From positions 472,711 to 536,710 of the forward strand of contig JBAQNJ010000001.1 in NCBI GenBank assembly GCA_049303675.1: 64,000 bases of DNA, written 5' to 3'. Shown in pieces: positions 35,935-44,342 of the stretch (position 1 is the first letter of the stretch; each line of letters begins with the position of its first letter). A program made the translations under genes and the position numbers. This DNA comes from Microgenomates group bacterium. GTDB taxonomy: Bacteria > Patescibacteriota > Microgenomatia > UBA12405. The notes under the pieces were generated by a model that ran no database searches, was not told the DNA's origin, and saw only the letters and a list, made by a program, of their open reading frames with translations.

Positions 35935-36444
35935 ATGAACATTAATGGGAATGTCCTCTTAGATACAAACATTGTCCAGTATTTAGCCAGTGCTCCAACA
36001 AGTCTCTCCTTCATAAACATGATTGTAGACTTAAACAAAAAGGGTTGTACTATGTCTGTTTCAGAATATTCAATATTTGAACTAATTCGTGGCGCAAGAC
36101 TAAAAACTGAAACTGACTTATCGAATACATTTAATATTTTCAAAAAATATTCCGTGAGCATTGAAGTGCTCTATGCCGCAGCCAGACTTGAGACTCTATA
36201 CCGGATGGAGAATATCCAGTGTGACAAGATAAGCGATGGGGACAAGATAATTGCTGCTACTTCAATATTAACAAACTCGACAATACTGACGACTAACGGA
36301 CGGGATTTCCCTTGGCCGTACTACCAAGAAACGGATCGAGACCCAGTTATTTTTTCTGAAAAAAATATTTCAAAATCAATATTAGTTTCTAGCTTTGTTC
36401 CCGATCAAACATATATATTTAAAAGATTTTCGGAGAGAGTCTAG
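35935..36444 (+). CDS. PIN-domain protein (VapC-like putative toxin / RNase)
   Basis: VLLDTNIV N-terminal acidic motif and DGDKIIAATSILTNSTILTTNGRDF C-terminal PIN signature. Confidence 0.6.
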   Translation: MNINGNVLLDTNIVQYLASAPTSLSFINMIVDLNKKGCTMSVSEYSIFELIRGARLKTETDLSNTFNIFKKYSVSIEVLYAAARLETLYRMENIQCDKISDGDKIIAATSILTNSTILTTNGRDFPWPYYQETDRDPVIFSEKNISKSILVSSFVPDQTYIFKRFSERV

Positions 36445-37526
36445 TCTTTTTTATTCACCAACTCATTTAGTCTTACCCATCGTTCTTTTTTAACTTTCAT
36501 TGATACATCGTTTGGCATTAGTTTGGCCGAGACAGTCCCTAGTCTGGGTGAGTATTTATTAAGATAAGCTATTTCAAATCCAACCTTTTGACACACATCC
36601 ACAGTATCTTCAAATTGGGCATCTGTTTCGCTAGGGAACCCGATAATTATATCTGTACTAAATTTTACTCCAGTCACTTTTGACTTAATATTTTTTACCA
36701 GATCCAAATAATCTTTTTTGGTATAGGCTCGATTCATCTTCTTCAATATTTCATCATTACCCGATTGAAAGGGGAGATGGAGGAGTCGATCAATATTTTT
36801 GTGTTTGGCGATCACCTCAATTAGTTCATCGGAAAAATCCCATGGATTACTACTCACAAAAGATATCTTTTGTAAATTTCTTTTGGCGACATTTTGTAGT
36901 AACTCTGGAAATCTACTTTTAATTCTCTTTTTACCCATATGGACATAACTATCTGTCTCAAAATCACTCCCATAGCTATTTACATTTTGACCAATCAAGA
37001 CTACTTCTGAGAAACCGCTCTCTACTGCCCTATCCACCTCCGCCAATATATCCGCCATAGTTCTCGATCTCTCTACTCCCCTAGCCTTGGGTACAATACA
37101 AAAAGTACAATGGTTATTACAACCGGTACTTATTGAGACTAGGGCCGCCCCTTTTTTGGCTCTAATTGGCTCCCACACCAAATATTTATCAATTCTCACC
37201 CATTCATCTACCCCTTTGATATCTTTTTGACCATACGCCCCTACCGCACAACCCGTAATTATTACTCTTGGACTAGAATTCGTAATTCGTAATTTGTAAT
37301 TTTTAATTAATTCAACCAGTCCGTAAGCTCTATTTTCAGCACTTTCCCGAACTATACAGGTATTGATTACTACTTCACTTGCATCCTGCCATTTATTGAC
37401 TACATCATATCCTTTTTCCCAATAATACGCCTTAATCCGTTCTGAATCAGCTACATTCTGGGCACAGCCAAAAGTTTTGATAAATACTTTTTTATTCGCG
37501 GTTGACATTAAAGACCATTTTACCAC
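36441..37526 (-). CDS. radical-SAM methylthiotransferase of the MiaB/RimO family (no TRAM domain)
   Basis: MTTase N-domain VFIKTFGCAQNVADSE, radical-SAM cluster motif ISTGCNNHCTFC, 361 aa. The true start is probably MSTANKK at 37508. Confidence 0.8.
   Translation of the reverse strand: MVKWSLMSTANKKVFIKTFGCAQNVADSERIKAYYWEKGYDVVNKWQDASEVVINTCIVRESAENRAYGLVELIKNYKLRITNSSPRVIITGCAVGAYGQKDIKGVDEWVRIDKYLVWEPIRAKKGAALVSISTGCNNHCTFCIVPKARGVERSRTMADILAEVDRAVESGFSEVVLIGQNVNSYGSDFETDSYVHMGKKRIKSRFPELLQNVAKRNLQKISFVSSNPWDFSDELIEVIAKHKNIDRLLHLPFQSGNDEILKKMNRAYTKKDYLDLVKNIKSKVTGVKFSTDIIIGFPSETDAQFEDTVDVCQKVGFEIAYLNKYSPRLGTVSAKLMPNDVSMKVKKERWVRLNELVNKKD
37280..37307 (+). repeat. tandem heptamer array (TCGTAAT x2, TTGTAAT, TTTTAAT) embedded antisense in the miaB-like CDS
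   Basis: Near-identical to the array upstream of fusA (60711-60738). On the coding (-) strand it is read in frame as ...LIKNYKLRITN... Confidence 0.5.
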
Positions 37527-38001
37527 CCATTCCCACTATCAATAAGCCACCTAGTCCCATCATGATCGTTGGCCAACTCGTCCCCACAGTTGGCATAGTT
37601 GCTGCCGAGCCACTCCCCACCGCCTCCCAATTCACATTTTCATTACCAATAGTCAGAGTAAATTTAATAGTTGATCCATCACTGGTAAAAGTTATTTGAT
37701 GATCACCGCCAGCCAATGTAGTTGAGGGCTGATAGTCCCAGTTACCCGATGAATCAGCGGCAATTTGTTGGACTGTCCCATCTATATCGGCATCAATATT
37801 TGCTCCTGGCAAGGCTTCACCATGGAATACTATGTTTGGGCTACTGTACCACCAGTGGGAAATCTGTTGTCCGCCCGTATCAACACTACCAATTTTAGAG
37901 AGATGAAATCCCGATGCCAGTACACTCCTACTATTTCCGATTATTAACAACCCCCAAAACAGCCACATGTATAGTTGCTTCATACAAAAAATATAGCACA
38001 A
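37492..38001 (-). CDS. hypothetical secreted protein with an N-terminal signal peptide and a C-terminal hydrophobic anchor plus charged tail
   Basis: Signal-like MKQLYMWLFWGLLIIGNSRSVLA. The C-terminus MPTVGTSWPTIMMGLGGLLIVGMGGKMVFNVNRE has the layout of a sorting signal but no canonical LPXTG. Confidence 0.45.
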   Translation of the reverse strand: MCYIFCMKQLYMWLFWGLLIIGNSRSVLASGFHLSKIGSVDTGGQQISHWWYSSPNIVFHGEALPGANIDADIDGTVQQIAADSSGNWDYQPSTTLAGGDHQITFTSDGSTIKFTLTIGNENVNWEAVGSGSAATMPTVGTSWPTIMMGLGGLLIVGMGGKMVFNVNRE

Positions 38002-38022
38002 ATTTGACAGTGTTGATTAGAG

Positions 38023-38889
38023 ATGCCATTATTATTCATGGATACAATAGACCCAAAGCCAACTGATCAAATTAGTGAAGATACTGATTTAGCCAAACAA
38101 TATCAGGAAATCCTCAACCAATATTCCCAAGAGCTCCAGCCTACTCCACCCACATCTGCCGATTCGCCACCTTCCCCATCACAACCAACGCTTACCCTCC
38201 CTCCCGAAACAATAAGTACGCCACCCCACAACTTTTTCAAGTATTTTTTCTACCTATCCTTGGCCATCTTTTTAGTAGTTTTTTCTATGGTTGTCTATTC
38301 TTTTGTTAAAACCCCCAATTCTACTATTGTTGACAATCCTCAATCTGTCCCCACTATCCCTGCCGAGCCTACAGCAGTTGTTAGTTATTGTCAGACCAAC
38401 GACAAAAATATTCCGGTCGGCGAGTCATTTCCTGCCGCAGATGGCTGCAATACATGTTCCTGCACGTCTGATTTGACCATAGTCTGTACCCAAAAAGCGT
38501 GTGAGGCCACCCCCACAGTCAAATCTACACCAACATCAAAAATTACTCCAAAATTATCCCCCACCGCAGTTTCACTCAAGACTTACACCAATTCCGTCTA
38601 CTTATACTCCTTTGAGTACCCAGCCACTTGGACCCTGGCTGTAGATCCCAATGTAGACAACCGGGAGTTTTCATTTAACTTACCAAACAACGAAGTCGTT
38701 AACGGTGTAATTTTCAAAAACACCGGTGCCAAGAATAGATCAGAAAGCACTTTTAAAGAATTTACTCTCCCCAATAACTACCAACTCCTAGTAAGTTATA
38801 TATCGGGGGATGAGAGGATGAGTATCCCAGGGAAGAGTGACTTGGCCGGATTCAAGAGTTTTCTGTCTACATTTAAATTGACAAAATAA
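38023..38889 (+). CDS. hypothetical Pro/Thr-rich membrane-anchored protein with a Cys-rich extracellular module; paralog 1 of 3 (FLSTFKL motif)
   Basis: TM helix FFYLSLAIFLVVFSMVVYSF and C-terminal ...FKSFLSTFKLTK. Confidence 0.5.
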   Translation: MPLLFMDTIDPKPTDQISEDTDLAKQYQEILNQYSQELQPTPPTSADSPPSPSQPTLTLPPETISTPPHNFFKYFFYLSLAIFLVVFSMVVYSFVKTPNSTIVDNPQSVPTIPAEPTAVVSYCQTNDKNIPVGESFPAADGCNTCSCTSDLTIVCTQKACEATPTVKSTPTSKITPKLSPTAVSLKTYTNSVYLYSFEYPATWTLAVDPNVDNREFSFNLPNNEVVNGVIFKNTGAKNRSESTFKEFTLPNNYQLLVSYISGDERMSIPGKSDLAGFKSFLSTFKLTK

Positions 38890-39824
38890 TGTCTACAGAA
38901 TCAAAGAATCATCAAATATTGATATTACTATCAATTTTATTTGTCACTATATTGGGGATAATCTATTTGTACGTCAATAGATCACCAATAGTCACTTTTA
39001 CTCCACCATCACCAGAAATCAATAAAAATAAATTATTTACAAATGGTAAATTTGAATTTACTTATCCTACTACTCTCGAGCTACTTCAGGGCCAAGATCA
39101 AATAACCTTCAAGACTCCCTTAAATAATCAGATTCAAATTCAGGAAGTGACCGACAATTCCAAAACAATTGCTGACTATTTGGCCAAGAGAGACAAGGAG
39201 TCCCAAGCCAGTTGGGAGGGGATGCCCTCAGTTGATGTCGTTTCTATGAAAAAAACAGTTATCAACGGTCTAAATTGTATCCGGCGTGAAGAGCATCTGT
39301 TGGCAGCCGACATTACTCAAACATCAACCTATTTTAAGCAAGGCGATTTATTAGTAATTATCACTTTATTACCAATACCTGGCAATACCAGAGGGGACGA
39401 CCAAGCCATCTACGATCAAATCCTCTCCACCTTCAAATTTATTGATATCACCAACACTCAAACAGTCAAAATATATTTTCACAATCCCGCCATCGATCCC
39501 AATTTCGATGATCCGAATGCCAATGATTATAAATTAGTTACTATTCCCAAAACAAATACCCCCTTAAAAGATTCACTAGACGAATTAATCAAATTATTTA
39601 TCACCGAAGATGAAAAAGCTTATGGTTCACGTGTATTAAATTTCAGGTTAAAATCGGCCATCATCAGTAGCGGCGTCGCCAAATTAGTTTTTGAGGATCC
39701 TGAGTTTTATACCAGTGGTGGATCTACTCGTGTTGGTTTACTATATTCACAAATTGAAAAAACTGCACTCCAATTTCCATCAGTTAAAAAAGTCGAAATT
39801 TCCGGAGCTACTTTTCAACCATAA
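38889..39824 (+). CDS. membrane-anchored protein with a C-terminal GerMN-like domain; paralog 2 (DQILSTFKF motif)
   Basis: N-terminal TM helix. The C-terminal LVFEDPEFYTSGGSTRVGLLYSQIEKTALQFPSVKKVEISG resembles the GerMN (spore-germination/envelope) domain. Confidence 0.5.
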   Translation: MSTESKNHQILILLSILFVTILGIIYLYVNRSPIVTFTPPSPEINKNKLFTNGKFEFTYPTTLELLQGQDQITFKTPLNNQIQIQEVTDNSKTIADYLAKRDKESQASWEGMPSVDVVSMKKTVINGLNCIRREEHLLAADITQTSTYFKQGDLLVIITLLPIPGNTRGDDQAIYDQILSTFKFIDITNTQTVKIYFHNPAIDPNFDDPNANDYKLVTIPKTNTPLKDSLDELIKLFITEDEKAYGSRVLNFRLKSAIISSGVAKLVFEDPEFYTSGGSTRVGLLYSQIEKTALQFPSVKKVEISGATFQP

Positions 39825-39825
39825 T

Positions 39826-40902
39826 ATGCAGGACAACAAGCCAAATTATCTAATACTTGCTTCAATCTCGCTTATATTTGTTTCATTAATGCTTGGTGCT
39901 TTCTATTTAGGCAGACAGACCAAATCTCTACCATCCAGTGGCTGTACCATGGAGGCGAAAGTTTGCCCTGATGGTTCTGCCGTTGGCAGGAGTGGTCCAA
40001 AATGTGAATTTGCACCGTGTCCCGAAGTTACCACCGTTCCCCTTATGGTTGATAATGACACCTCAGATTGGAAAACCTATACAAATAGTAAACTGAACTT
40101 CTCCTTTAAATATCCAGCAGACTTATCATTATCCGCCAATCAAAAGGTTCCAGATAATTACACCATAAAAAATTCTTCAACTTTTATTGCCTTCAACATT
40201 CAAAGCACATGTCTCAATACCCAGTGTCTATCAATCCAAAGTTTAGACGAAATCGCCAACAATATGCTCAGTCTTGATGTTTTGTCTTCTTTTAGAATTG
40301 GTAGTTCCAAAGGTATAAAAATAACCAATGGATTTATGGTCGAGATTCCGAATTCTAATAATTTCCTTTTATTAAATTCAGGTCAAAATACACCAATAGT
40401 CGACCAAATCCTCTCTACTTTCAAATTTACCGAAACTAAGGCAATTAAGTCAATCAAATATGACCTACCTGCAAATTGGCTATCTGTCCGTGATAATTCC
40501 CAATTATTTGAAGTTGGATACAATCCTGCTACTCAAGATATTAAAATGGACAAACAATCCATTTCGATAATTTACAAAAATTTAAACAATAACCCATATT
40601 ACTCTAACTATGCATCATCTCAACTTTTTCAGATTTTACCCTACAATAATGGTTCACGCCACGCATTTATTGAAAAACAGTTAGGTGAAACGATTAATAG
40701 TGGCAACAAGTTTCCAGATTATTTCGAATCAGACATAAATATTGACGGTAAAAGTTGCCTCGTACTGCATGGAATATCTATCTCTCAATTTTATCCAATT
40801 TGGGGTATGTGTGCCATCAATTCCCAGCAAGCATTGCTTTTTAATTCATTTAATTATGCAGATTTATCCCCACATCTTAGTTCATTAAAGTTTACTCCCT
40901 AA
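39826..40902 (+). CDS. hypothetical membrane-anchored Cys-containing protein; paralog 3 (DQILSTFKF motif)
   Basis: Start placed at the ATG at 39826, directly after the upstream stop. TM helix LILASISLIFVSLMLGAFYL; CPDGSAVGRSGPKCEFAPC module. Confidence 0.5.
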   Translation: MQDNKPNYLILASISLIFVSLMLGAFYLGRQTKSLPSSGCTMEAKVCPDGSAVGRSGPKCEFAPCPEVTTVPLMVDNDTSDWKTYTNSKLNFSFKYPADLSLSANQKVPDNYTIKNSSTFIAFNIQSTCLNTQCLSIQSLDEIANNMLSLDVLSSFRIGSSKGIKITNGFMVEIPNSNNFLLLNSGQNTPIVDQILSTFKFTETKAIKSIKYDLPANWLSVRDNSQLFEVGYNPATQDIKMDKQSISIIYKNLNNNPYYSNYASSQLFQILPYNNGSRHAFIEKQLGETINSGNKFPDYFESDINIDGKSCLVLHGISISQFYPIWGMCAINSQQALLFNSFNYADLSPHLSSLKFTP

Positions 40903-40928
40903 TCATCTTCTTGCTCTAGGTAGCAAAT

Positions 40929-40977
40929 GCGTATATAATCGACTATTCGCGAGCGGTTGGAACATAACTCGCTTTTT
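40929..40977 (+). promoter_or_regulatory. TATAAT promoter-like motif plus hairpin/T-run in the rpoB upstream region
   Basis: gTATATAAT at 40930-40937, a short hairpin gcgag...ctcgc, then TTTTT (40973-40977). Could be a leader attenuator or the terminator of the upstream gene. Confidence 0.3.
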
Positions 40978-41001
40978 AATTAGTAATTAACCAATTTTCT
41001 G

Positions 41002-44000
41002 ATGCCTACCGCAAAAAGAATCGTCTGGGGTAAAAAACGCCCTAATCTTCCTAAATTAGAATTAATTAAAATCCAAACCGAATCTTGGTCCCAATTCCTC
41101 GAAAAAGAGCTCTCTGACACCATCCAAACCATTTCTCCTATTTCTGATTATACTGGCAACAACTGGCAACTCGAACTCGGCCAAATGCACATTGACTCTA
41201 CCCCAATTACCCCTGACACTGCCAAGAAAAAAGGTCTCAACTACGTCGTCCCCATCCGTATTAATGCCAAATTAACCAACAAAAGAACTGGCGATATTCG
41301 CGAAGAAAATGTTTTCTTTTTAAATTTACCCACCATGACCACCGAGGGTACCTTTATTGTCAACGGTATCGAAAGAGGTGTCATCAACCAATTAGTTCGC
41401 TCTCCAGGAGTTTATTTTACTGGTGAATCCGATCCTGCTACTGGTAAAACACTTTACAATGCTGAAATCCGCCCTGTTCGTGGCTCTTGGCTCGAATTCT
41501 TTATAGGTAAAAAAGACGTTATTTTTGCCCGCATCGACCGTAAGAAAAAGTTTCCCGCTACTATCATGCTCCGTGCTGCCTGCCAAATGGGCGACAAGCA
41601 ATTGATAGCCGAATTCTCAGATTACATCAACAATACCATTTCTGCCGACAATACCAAGACATCCGAAGAGGCTATTCTCGAATTTTATCGCAAACTCCGT
41701 CCAGGTGAGCCAGTCGTCCTCGAAAATGCTCAAAAGTTTTTCACTGAGCGATTCTTTGATCTGCGCACCTACGAAATTGGTAACGTTGGCCGTTACAAAA
41801 TCAACAAAAAATTTGGATTCAAATTTGACGACACCAAAAAAGAAAACTGGGTCCTACGCAAAGAAGATCTCGTGGCTGCTATCAAGTACTTAATTCAATT
41901 ACAAAAAGGTGAAGTTACTCGTCTCGATGATATCGATTCACTCGCCAACCGTCGTCTGCGTCGTTCCGGCGAAATCGTCTCTCAAATTGCCATTCGCCCC
42001 GCCCTCGCTCGTTTTGAACGCATGGTCAAAGAGCGCATGTCACTTATCTCCACCAAAGAAAAACCCCTTCCCTCCCAAATGATCAATCCTCAACCATTGA
42101 TCTCTTCACTCAACACTTTTTTTCGCAGCAACCAATTATCAGCCATTCTCGACCAAACCAATCCATTGTCAGAAATTGATTTATTGCGTCGGGTTACTGT
42201 TGTCGGTATTGGCGGTCTGACTCGTGAGCGGGCAGCATTTTCTATCCGCGACGTTCATTCCAGTCAATACGGTCGTATTTGTACTGTCCGTTCTCCAGAA
42301 GGCCCCAATATTGGTTTGGTTACCTACCTTGCTCTCTATGCCCAAGTCAACAAATATGGTTTTATCGAATCTCCTTTTAGAAAGGTCGTTAAATCAGGCA
42401 AAAAATTAACTATCGCTCCAGAAATTTTCTTCTTGGATGCCGACGATGAATACAGTGCCCATATCACCCATTTGGGTGTTGGCATGGATGACAAAGATAA
42501 CATCACCCAAGAGTGGTTGCCAATTCGTCATGAGGGCGAATTTATCGAAGGGCCAGCCGAGCTCGTCGATTATATTGACATGGTTCCCAACGAAATTGTC
42601 GGTACCTCCGCTTCTTTGATTCCTTTTGTCGACCACGATGACGCTACCCGTGCCCTGATGGGATCGCACATGCAGACCCAAGCAGTTCCTTTGATTAGCC
42701 CCCAATCACCTATTATTGGTACCGGCATGGAAGGCGCCATTGCCACTGCCATGAATCGGACAATTTGTGCCAACAATTCAGGAAAAGTTACTTACGTCGA
42801 TGGTGAGAAAGTTATTGTTACTCTCGATAAAAAATTAGACAAAGGCTCAGAAGGTAATCACAGTACTATTAGTACAGATGGTAAGACTGAGACCTATTTT
42901 GTCGTCAAATTTGACCGTACCTCACCTTATGGTACCTGTTACAACCAAAAAGCCGCCGTCAATGTCGGTGATGTTGTCAAAAAAGGTGATTTATTAATCG
43001 ACGGACCTTCCACTGATGGTGGTGAACTCTCAATTGGCCGCAATATTTTAGTTGCCTATGCCTCTATTGATGGTTTATCTTACGAAGATTCTTTCCTTAT
43101 TTCTGACCGTTTGGTCAAACAAGATGTCCTCACCAACATTCAAATCTATGAGAATGTCGCCCAAGTCGTCGAGACCAAGCTCGGTACCGAGGAATTAACC
43201 AAAGATATCCCCAACGTCTCCGAAGCCGAATTGGCCAAACTTACCGATGATGGTGTGGTGATGATTGGTGCTACAGTTGGCCCCAACGATATTTTGGTTG
43301 GTAAAGTCGAGCCTCGCGGTGAAAAAGAATTGTCCGCCGAAGAAAGATTATTACGAGCTATTTTTGGTGAAAAAGCCCGCGAAGTCAAAGACACTTCTTT
43401 GCGTGTTGCCAATGGCGAGAGTGGAGTCGTCATCAAAGTTGATATTTTAGACAAAGAAAAAGGCGACGAACTCGATCCTGGTGTCAACAAAGTAGTCAAA
43501 GTTTATGTTGCTCAAATCCGCCGCATTCAGGAAGGGGACAAGATCGCCGGCCGCCATGGAAACAAGGGTGTTATCTGCCGCATTATGCCCGAATACGATA
43601 TGCCACATTTGGCCGACGGTACCCCAGTTGATTTAGTTATGTCTCCACTTTCAGTTATCGCCCGTATGAATTTGGGTCAGATTCTCGAAGTTACTCTTGG
43701 TTATGCCGGCTACAAACTTGACAAAAAATTTGCCGTTCCTGTTTTTGAAAAATATACTGAAGCCCAAATCGCTGATGAACTAAAAAATGCCGGTCTTTCG
43801 GTCAATGGTAAGACTCAATTATATGATGGCCGCACCGGTGACGCTTATGACCAGCCATCAGTTGTCGGGGTTGGCTATATTGTCAAATTAGTTCACATGG
43901 TCGACGACAAGGTCCATGCTCGGTCTACTGGACCATACTCCCTCGTCACTCAGCAACCACTTGGTGGAAAAGCCCGCATGGGTGGACAGCGTTTGGGAGA

Positions 44001-44340
44001 AATGGAAGTCTGGGCTCTCGAAGCTCATCGTGCTGCTCACACCTTACAAGAAATGTTGACTATCAAGTCAGATGATATTGAGGGCCGAACTCATGCCTTC
44101 CAAGCCATCATCAAAGGATTACCGATTCCCGAGCCAGCTATCCCCGAGTCATTCAAAGTTTTGACCAAAGAATTGGCCGGACTAGCTATCGAAATCTCTC
44201 CTGTTGGTGTCAAGGAAATGTTGATCGAAGACAGTCCTGATACTACTCCAGTTGAAATTGATCAATCCGTTACCAACAGTCCATCGTCTACCCCTACCTC
44301 AGACGATACCACTGATACCAAAGAGGAGGAGGAAAACTAA
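41002..44340 (+). CDS. rpoB: DNA-directed RNA polymerase subunit beta
   Basis: 1112 aa with a full set of RpoB conserved blocks (...GDKIAGRHGNKGVI..., PLGGKARMGGQRLGEMEVWALEAH...) and an acidic C-terminal tail. Confidence 0.97.
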   Translation: MPTAKRIVWGKKRPNLPKLELIKIQTESWSQFLEKELSDTIQTISPISDYTGNNWQLELGQMHIDSTPITPDTAKKKGLNYVVPIRINAKLTNKRTGDIREENVFFLNLPTMTTEGTFIVNGIERGVINQLVRSPGVYFTGESDPATGKTLYNAEIRPVRGSWLEFFIGKKDVIFARIDRKKKFPATIMLRAACQMGDKQLIAEFSDYINNTISADNTKTSEEAILEFYRKLRPGEPVVLENAQKFFTERFFDLRTYEIGNVGRYKINKKFGFKFDDTKKENWVLRKEDLVAAIKYLIQLQKGEVTRLDDIDSLANRRLRRSGEIVSQIAIRPALARFERMVKERMSLISTKEKPLPSQMINPQPLISSLNTFFRSNQLSAILDQTNPLSEIDLLRRVTVVGIGGLTRERAAFSIRDVHSSQYGRICTVRSPEGPNIGLVTYLALYAQVNKYGFIESPFRKVVKSGKKLTIAPEIFFLDADDEYSAHITHLGVGMDDKDNITQEWLPIRHEGEFIEGPAELVDYIDMVPNEIVGTSASLIPFVDHDDATRALMGSHMQTQAVPLISPQSPIIGTGMEGAIATAMNRTICANNSGKVTYVDGEKVIVTLDKKLDKGSEGNHSTISTDGKTETYFVVKFDRTSPYGTCYNQKAAVNVGDVVKKGDLLIDGPSTDGGELSIGRNILVAYASIDGLSYEDSFLISDRLVKQDVLTNIQIYENVAQVVETKLGTEELTKDIPNVSEAELAKLTDDGVVMIGATVGPNDILVGKVEPRGEKELSAEERLLRAIFGEKAREVKDTSLRVANGESGVVIKVDILDKEKGDELDPGVNKVVKVYVAQIRRIQEGDKIAGRHGNKGVICRIMPEYDMPHLADGTPVDLVMSPLSVIARMNLGQILEVTLGYAGYKLDKKFAVPVFEKYTEAQIADELKNAGLSVNGKTQLYDGRTGDAYDQPSVVGVGYIVKLVHMVDDKVHARSTGPYSLVTQQPLGGKARMGGQRLGEMEVWALEAHRAAHTLQEMLTIKSDDIEGRTHAFQAIIKGLPIPEPAIPESFKVLTKELAGLAIEISPVGVKEMLIEDSPDTTPVEIDQSVTNSPSSTPTSDDTTDTKEEEEN

Positions 44341-44342
44341 CT

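Noticed and set aside
35844-36161. Minus-strand 105-aa ORF overlapping the small-protein/PIN pair
   Set aside because: It is antisense to the better-supported PIN gene and has low-complexity composition.
39691-39825. Longer start at 39691 for the third secreted paralog
   Set aside because: It would overlap 134 nt of the preceding gene in another frame. The ATG at 39826 directly follows the upstream TAA and begins just before the TM helix.
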